DNA of 64,000 nucleotides from the human T2T-CHM13v2.0 reference genome, Homo sapiens: NCBI GenBank assembly GCA_009914755.4, contig CP068257.2, positions 26,336,001 to 26,400,000 of the forward strand, read 5' to 3'. Shown piece by piece: positions 56,719 to 64,000 of this stretch (position 1 is its first letter; each line of letters starts with the position of its first letter). The notes under the pieces were generated by a model. It saw only the letters and a program-made list of their open reading frames with translations, ran no database searches and was not told where the DNA came from. The position numbers and the translations under genes were made by a program.

Positions 56719-58048
56719 GGCTCTATGCAAGTCTGAAATCTAATAGGGCAGACATTAAACCTTAAAGTTCCAAAATTATCTCCTTTGACTCCATGTCTCA
56801 CATCCAGGTCATGCTAAAGCCAGAGGTGGGCACCCATGGCCTTGGGCAGCTTCGCCCCACTGCCTTTGCAGGGTACATCCCCCTTCCCTGTCTCTATCAC
56901 AGGCTGGCATTAAGTGTCTGTAGCTTTTCCAGGCATACAGTGAAAGCTGAAGGTATATCTACAATTCTGGGGTCTGGAAGATGGTGGCCTTTTCTCACAT
57001 CTCCATTAGGCAGTGCCCCAGTGAGGACTCTGTGTGAGAGCTCTGACCCCACAATTCCCTTCCATACCGCCGTAGCAGAAGTTCTCCATAAGGGCCCCAT
57101 CCCTGCAGCAAACTTCTGCCTGGACCTCCAGGTATTTCCATACATCCTCTGAAATCTAGGCAAAGGTTCCCAAACCTCAGTTCTTGACTTCTGGGCATCC
57201 ACAGGGTCAACACCACATGGAAGCTGACAAAGACTTGGGCCTTGCATGTTCTGAAATCATGGCCTGAGCTGTACCTTGGCCCCTTTTAGCCATGGCTGAA
57301 ACAGCTGGGATACAGGGTACCAAAACCCTAGGCTGCACACAGCTGGAGGGCCCTGATGGCCCATAAAACAATTTTTTTTCTCTCTTAGGCCTCCAAGCCT
57401 GTGATGGTGGGGGCTACCATGAAGGTCTCTGACATGCTCTGGAGACATTTTCCACATTGTTTGGTGATTAACATTCAGCTCCTTGTTACTTATGTAAATT
57501 TCTGCAGCAGGCTTGAATTTATCCCCAGAAAAAATATATATATATGTCTTCCTATCACATCACCAGGCTGCAAACTTTCCAAGCTTTTGTTCTCTGCTTC
57601 TTCTTAAATGTTTTGCCCCTAGGAAATTTCTTCTGCCAGATACCCTAAATCATCTTTCTCAAATTCAAAGCTACACAGATATCTAGGGCAGGGGCAAAAT
57701 GCCACCAATCTCTTTGTTAAGCATAGCAAGAGTGACCTTTACTCCAGTTCCCAAGAAGTTCCTCATCTCCATCTGAGACCACCTCAGCCTGGACTTTATT
57801 GTCCAAATCACTAACAGCATTTTGATCAAAGCCATTCACCAAGTCTCTAGGAAGTTTGAAACTTTCCCACATCTTTCTGTCTTATGAACCCTTCAAGTCC
57901 CTAAGAAGTTTCAAACTTTACCATATTTTCCTGTGTTTTTGTGAGTCCTCTAAACTGTTCCAACCTCTGCCTGTTACCTAGCTCCAAAGTTGCTTCCACA
58001 TTTTTGGTTATCTTTACAGAAGCACCCCACTCCTGATACCAACTTACT
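56719..58048 (-). mobile_element. MaLR internal sequence (THE1/MST-int type), antisense, directly abutting the ERVL LTR
   Basis: rc reads …gtaagtaggtaccaggagtggggtgcttctgtaaagataaccaaaaatgtggaagcaactttggagc…, as in MaLR-int just downstream of the 5' LTR; continuous to 56719 where the ERVL LTR ends; + ORFs 56793..57152 and 58143..58382 are incidental. Confidence 0.7.
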
Positions 58049-58407
58049 ACATTAATTTGTTCTCATGCTGCTATGAAGAAATACCTGAGGCTGGATGACT
58101 TATAAAGAAAAGAGGTTTAATTGACTTACAGTTCTGCATGGCTTGGAGGTCTCAGGAAACTTACAATCATGGAGGAAGACACCTCTTCACAGGGTGGCAG
58201 GAGAGAAAAATGAGTTCAAGCAAGGGAAATACCAGGTGTTTATAAACCCATTAGATCTTGTGAGACTCACTGATTTTCATGAGAACAGCATGGGGGAAAC
58301 AGCCCCCATGATCAAAATACCTCTACCTGGTCCCACCCTTGACACAGGGAGATTATTACAATTCAAGGTGAGATTTGGGTAGGGACACAGAGCCAAACCA
58401 TATCAGA
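58049..58407 (-). mobile_element. MaLR 5' LTR (MST/THE1 family), antisense, attached to the internal sequence above
   Basis: tacattaatttgttctcatgctgctatgaagaaatacctgaggctggatgacttataaagaaaagaggtttaattgacttacagttctgcatggcttggaggtctcaggaaacttacaatcatggaggaag … gagatttgggtagggacacagagccaaaccatatca = rc of a MaLR LTR. Confidence 0.8.
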
Positions 58408-59559
58408 TAGATAGGTGGATTATTCTTTTGATTTTCATTTTGATTCTGTTTCTCTAGTGAATTGTGACTAATAAATTGATTCAATGTATTTAATAGATAT
58501 GGACCTATTTAGACGATCTAATGACTCTTGTTTGCATTTCAGAAGCTTGTGTATTTTGAGAAATTGTTTTATTTTATCTAAGTTATAATATTTTTTATCA
58601 TAGAGTTATTAATATTATCCCTTTAGTATGCTTTTAATGTCTATAGACTTGTTAGTGATGTTCTAACTTTCATTTCTAATATTGGTAATTTTTTCTTTGG
58701 TTGTCATGCTAGCATGCAAGTCATGCAAGCATCCAAAATACTACATTAAAAATAAAGACAGATGCAAAGCACAAAAAGAGCCTAACTTACTCTTATAAAA
58801 CTGAGAAAAAACAGGAGAATGTTTTCACAAAAGAAAAATGGAAGAGAATGTAGTCTTTAATTTAAAAAGACATCAAATATAAGCAATGTGAATAAACTCA
58901 ACAGACAATTGTAAAGTTAATTGAACAGAGAACCAAAATGACAATATTACGCAGATAATTAAATAGAAACCATAGAAAACAGATTAGACAATGTGGATGA
59001 TAAAATTAGTAACAGAAAAAGCCATGAAGTAGTCTCAGTGAAATAAAGGGGTAAAAAAAAGTAATCAGAAAGAAGTTAATGTTAATGGTATACAGAAAAT
59101 GTGGATCCAAAATAAAGGTAAATGATTCACCAGCAAAAAAGCTCAACAAGTAAAATTAAAAAACAATAATCATATAATAGAAGAAAATATTTCTAAAATG
59201 TAAAATAATACTCATAGACTTAAAGGCATACTGTTCTCAAGAAATTCATTAGAAGAAACAATTTTATGACATTCTGGTAAAGTGATTGAATTTCAAGGAT
59301 AAAGAAAGAATTCATCAGGTATCCAAGAACTTACAAAGGGGATAAATCTGGCTGGGCGCAAATGCCTCCATGGAAAAATAAAGTGCCAGAAGATAATAGA
59401 ACAATATTTACAAAATTCTAAGGGAACAAGTGTGTCTCAAGAATATTATAACCAGGCAAGTTGTTATCCAAGTACAAAATGGCAGTACTGGCATACTTAA
59501 TCATGCAAAAACTCACAGAATATGTCATTCCTTATTCTGTCTTAGAATGAAACTATGTA

Positions 59560-59760
59560 AGAGACAAATGAAGAAACCATTGTAAAAGAACTGAATGGAG
59601 CGTTGTTGCTGCTTCCTCAGAAGGGAGGGAACACCATGTCCTCACATGCAGACGGTACAGAAGGGAACAAACCCACACCCTCAAACCCATTTATAAGGGC
59701 CTGAATCCCTTCATCACCTTCTAAATACCCCATCTCTTAATATTATTACATTGTCTATTC
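59560..59760. mobile_element. fragment of an unresolved interspersed repeat
   Basis: …gtcctcacatgcagacggtacagaagggaacaaacccacaccctcaaacccatttataagggcctgaatcccttcatcacc… resembles a motif recurring in old LTR/DNA-transposon consensi; not assignable by eye. Confidence 0.25.
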
Positions 59761-62700
59761 AGTCTCAACAAAAAATTTGGGGCATACCCAATTTGGTCAT
59801 TGTTTGGATATTAGAACACAAAATTTAATTACTCAGTTTCTTACTATACATAAGACACTATTACCACCACATTGATTTTATTTGTTATTTTTATTACAAT
59901 TGTAACAAAACCTAGGAGCATCTGTATACAGAACTTAAACACAAACAAAGACTTTTCCGATTTTGTCATTTAATCTCCAAATCTTACCGCTTAAGGTATC
60001 TTAATTACGGTTATCCCTAAACATATGCAAATGCAGAGATTGGAAGAGCTAAGTAACTACTAAGTTGTGGAGCTAAGACTGAATTCTGGGTTTCAGACTA
60101 CAACTTTCAAAACATTTCTGTTGCATAATGAGGTAAAAAATATAGTGCCTAAATTGGAAGGTTAAATGATTCCTTCATAGAGGAAATTCAGAAAACAATA
60201 TAAAATAGAAGAAAACAATTCCTGGTTATTATGGAAATTGTATTATGTGTTGCAAAGCAATGACAATAAATGTACTTAAATAAATCACCAACTTAATAAA
60301 CCATCTTCGATTGAATCCTTAGTTTTCTCATGCAAAGTCTAGTATTCCTACAGAGCCAGAACGGTGTACAAAGAACAAGACGGGCAGATAAAATTAATGC
60401 TAGCTTAGTTTTATATGAAGCAGCAATTGGGAATATCAACTGTTCTCATGTTTAAATATTTGCTTTTGGCAAAATCCAAACAAGCTCACTATTTGTTAGA
60501 TTCGTAGGTATAGAGTCAATGTGGCAGTAGGTCTGGAGTGGGGCACATGTATTTTGTAGATTCAAAGATGTTGTCAATTTTAAAACATTAATTTTATATT
60601 AAATTTGGAGAGAACACCACTTTATTGAATGCATGCCAACATTTTAAGATGTCTTCCATTTTCAGAGCAATTTTATAAAAAGGATATACTGAAGTTTATT
60701 CTACTACAGGCATGAAAGTTACCACGCAAACCAGAGATACATTTGCTCTTTGTGAAGAAGCTTCTGCCCATTTGTCCATTTCAGTATATCATTTAAACAG
60801 TACAGCCAGTGCTGAATAGAGGCATCAGTTGAAGTCACCATCATGGCTACACAAATTGATTCCTTATGTGGGGAAAAAGAAAAATCCTCAAATGGCAGAT
60901 GGACAATTAAATATCTTGGTTCCCACGTTATTTCCCTGGAACCTCAAGTAGATTTAGTCAGACCCTTGGTAATTGATAAATATGATTGAGGACTTTGCTC
61001 TATCTTTTTTACATTAAATGAGTACATTACTCAGAAACATAAATAACCCATTGTAGTGATCATTGCCTACATGGGGAGATTTTTAGCTTCAAGTAATGGA
61101 TGCACAACCCAAAGTGAACATTTTTTCTATGAGAGAACACAAAGTACAGACGGAGCGTGGTTCCATGATTGATTCAGTAGCTCAGTGACACGATCCATGT
61201 GCTAGGTGTTTTTTCATCTTTGCACTCTCCCAGACACAGCCTATCAGCCAAGTGTAAGTCCATATTTCCAAAACAGCTGCAGCCTTTCCAAGTCTTCGCA
61301 GGGAGAAATGATCATGACCACATTCTCTGAAGGAGAAGAAGGGAACTTCCTCCCCTGAGTCTCATTTTATTGAGGAAAAAAAAAAAAACTTTTTACATGA
61401 GCAGCCCTCACCCTGAAGACATTCACAATTCTTATTTTTCAATAGCAATTAATTTTATTAGTTTGACAATTTATGATCATAAAAAATGCAATTCAAGAAA
61501 TGACTAAAATATGTTAAAGAAAATATCAGAATTATTCCTGGCACTTATATCTAATATTTCAAAACAGGCTATTTCAGCAACTGATTTATAAAGTGCTAAT
61601 ATAAAAATAATCTCAAATATGTTTAATTTCATCCATAAACTATAAATTATGAATTGCTATAAATTTTTGGTTAGCAAAAAAAACCAAAATATTTTTCCTC
61701 ATGAGACTGAATTATAGTGATAATTAATTTCAAGAGCACTTATATAGACTGAATGTTGACACAAGAAGTAGTTTTTGCATGAGCATTTTGAGTATTATCT
61801 TGGAATTAGAAGTAGTTTTAAGTCACTTTCCCCTGTGTATTGGTTTCCTGCTGCCTCTGTAACAAATTACTGGAAACTTGGTGGCTTAAACAATAGAAAT
61901 TTATTCTTTTACAGTTCTCGATGTCATAAATCTGAAATCAGTATCGGGGGTTTGTAGGGTGTGGCCATCAGGAAAGTTCTAAACAGATAATTCCTAATCC
62001 TTTAGATAATATTTCTAGTGGCCACCAACATTCATTGGCTTGTGGTACATCAGTCTAACCTCTGCCTGTGTGATCACATCCCCTCTCCTTTTCTGTCTGT
62101 GTGGTCAAATTTCTTTCTGTTTCCCTCTTATACAGATACATGTGATTGTATTTAGAGTCCATCTGGCTAATACTGGATAATCTTTTAGGTCAAGATCTTT
62201 AACTTAATCACATGCAATGATTGATTTTTTGTTTGTCTGATTTTTCATATAAGGTAATATTCAGAGGTTCAAGAAATTTAGATATGAATTTTTTTTCTGG
62301 AACATTTTTGACCTACTGCACACTCATTCACTTATTCGTTTATGCATTTAACAAATATTATATGAACACCTGCAATGGATCAGACACTGTTCTAATGCTG
62401 GTTATATAACAGCAAAGTAAAGAGACAAAGGTTTTACATTCTTGGAGTTTACATTCTAGTACAAACATTGGCAAACTGTTTCTGTAAAGGGCCAGATAGT
62501 AAATATTGTTTGTAGATCATACAGTTTCTCTGTTGCAACTACTGAACTCTCCTGTTGTAGCATAGACACAGCTCCTCCTCTCTAAATACAAAAATGAATA
62601 GCTGTGGCTATATTCCAATAAATAATTACACATGAAAACAGGAAGCAAGCTAGATTTGGCTCTGGGGTTATAGTTGGCCAACACTTTCTCTGGACAGAAG

Positions 62701-63138
62701 ACACAGGAGAAAAAGTGACAGGCAAATACAGAATATGTCAGATGGTGATAAGTGATGTGGTTTTAAATAAAGCACATTCAGAGAAATAGGACATTCAAAT
62801 GGGAAGGCTATAACTAACTGCTATAACAGATAAATCAAAAAATTTTAGTGGCTTCCCAAAGAGCCATTTTCTCAGTGTTTATGTGAAGCCCAATACTAAG
62901 ATTTCTTATTAGTGGGAAGCCTTCCATGTGGTCATTCAGGAACCCACCCTCCTGCTCTCTTGTATCTGCCCTCCTGAGAACTCTAGAACCCTGTGTTCAG
63001 TTGGTGGTTGAAGAAAGGGAGTAGAGAACAGCACACAGGCATTTTAAGGAAGCAGGATTACAAGGTTTGATCAATTCCACTCAGTTTATATGCATTTTCT
63101 TCTCTAAAAGCTCCATTGCCTGACTTCACCTAACTTTA

Positions 63139-63528
<390 letters not shown>

Positions 63529-64000
63529 TTAGGAAGTGTTGCTCTTGTAAGCAGGGTAGCCAGAAAAAGTTTTCCTGGCCTTTCTGAGGAAAGCAGGGGG
63601 CTAATGTGGCAGAGATTTGCAGGGGGCATTCTAATATTTAGGCTAGCTTTGTGCTTCTGAATTTATCTCTTTACAGATAGATTAGTCATGAGACTGAGCA
63701 GTAGTTGTTGAAATGTGGGAAGGAAAAATACAGGCCATTTACAGGTCAGACTCCTAAAACTCACTGTACTCTTCTCCTTGCTTTTTCTTTCTCTCTTTGG
63801 GAACAAAATCAAGGACTTAATCTCGGCTTAGAAGAGAGCTAACCAGAGGTGCCATAGTCAAAAGTTCAGTTTCCACCAAAGCCCAGTAACAGGCCACAAG
63901 CTGTCTCTCAAAAAGAGAGTAGTTATCTGCAGAAGATGGCAGGGCCTTGCTAGAAAATTCTAGAGGCCCCTGCTGTGATTGACCTATAGGGGCCTGCCAA

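Overview
This 64-kb window reads as primate (human-type) nuclear genomic DNA from an AT-rich, gene-poor interval. I found no convincing protein-coding exon, rRNA or tRNA. A large fraction is recognisable interspersed repeat.

Main repeat content:
- At least 15 Alu copies, several with perfect target-site duplications (TSDs).
- Four L1 fragments (ORF2 and 3'UTR portions).
- Five MaLR LTRs of THE1/MST/MLT1 type, one still attached to about 1.3 kb of MaLR internal sequence.
- A near full-length Hsmar1 mariner (1278 bp) with both terminal inverted repeats and a decayed transposase.
- The 3' part of an ERVL (HERV-L) provirus. It keeps RNase H, an integrase core and an uninterrupted 155-codon dUTPase ORF, followed by its MLT2-type 3' LTR. 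It sits directly against the MaLR internal sequence.
- L2 remnants, many microsatellites and small tandem duplications.

Things the repeat catalogue does not fully explain:
- A 1.75-kb GC-rich island (about 44.6-46.4 kb) that retains CpG and looks LTR-like when read on the minus strand (TGTG start, internal tandem repeats, AATAAA, TGG-initiated PBS-like site). I cannot assign it to a family.
- Two pairs of local direct repeats: 164/159 bp flanking 0.9 kb, and 215 bp at about 93% identity 3.5 kb apart.
- An inverted (CA)n...(GT)n microsatellite pair.
- A closely spaced inverted Alu pair.

There is no evidence for a prokaryote-style functional system. Any novelty is in the unclassified LTR-like island, the surviving ERVL ORFs and the structural-variation-prone repeat architecture. 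Coordinates are from manual reading and may be off by a few bases to tens of bases at old-repeat boundaries.
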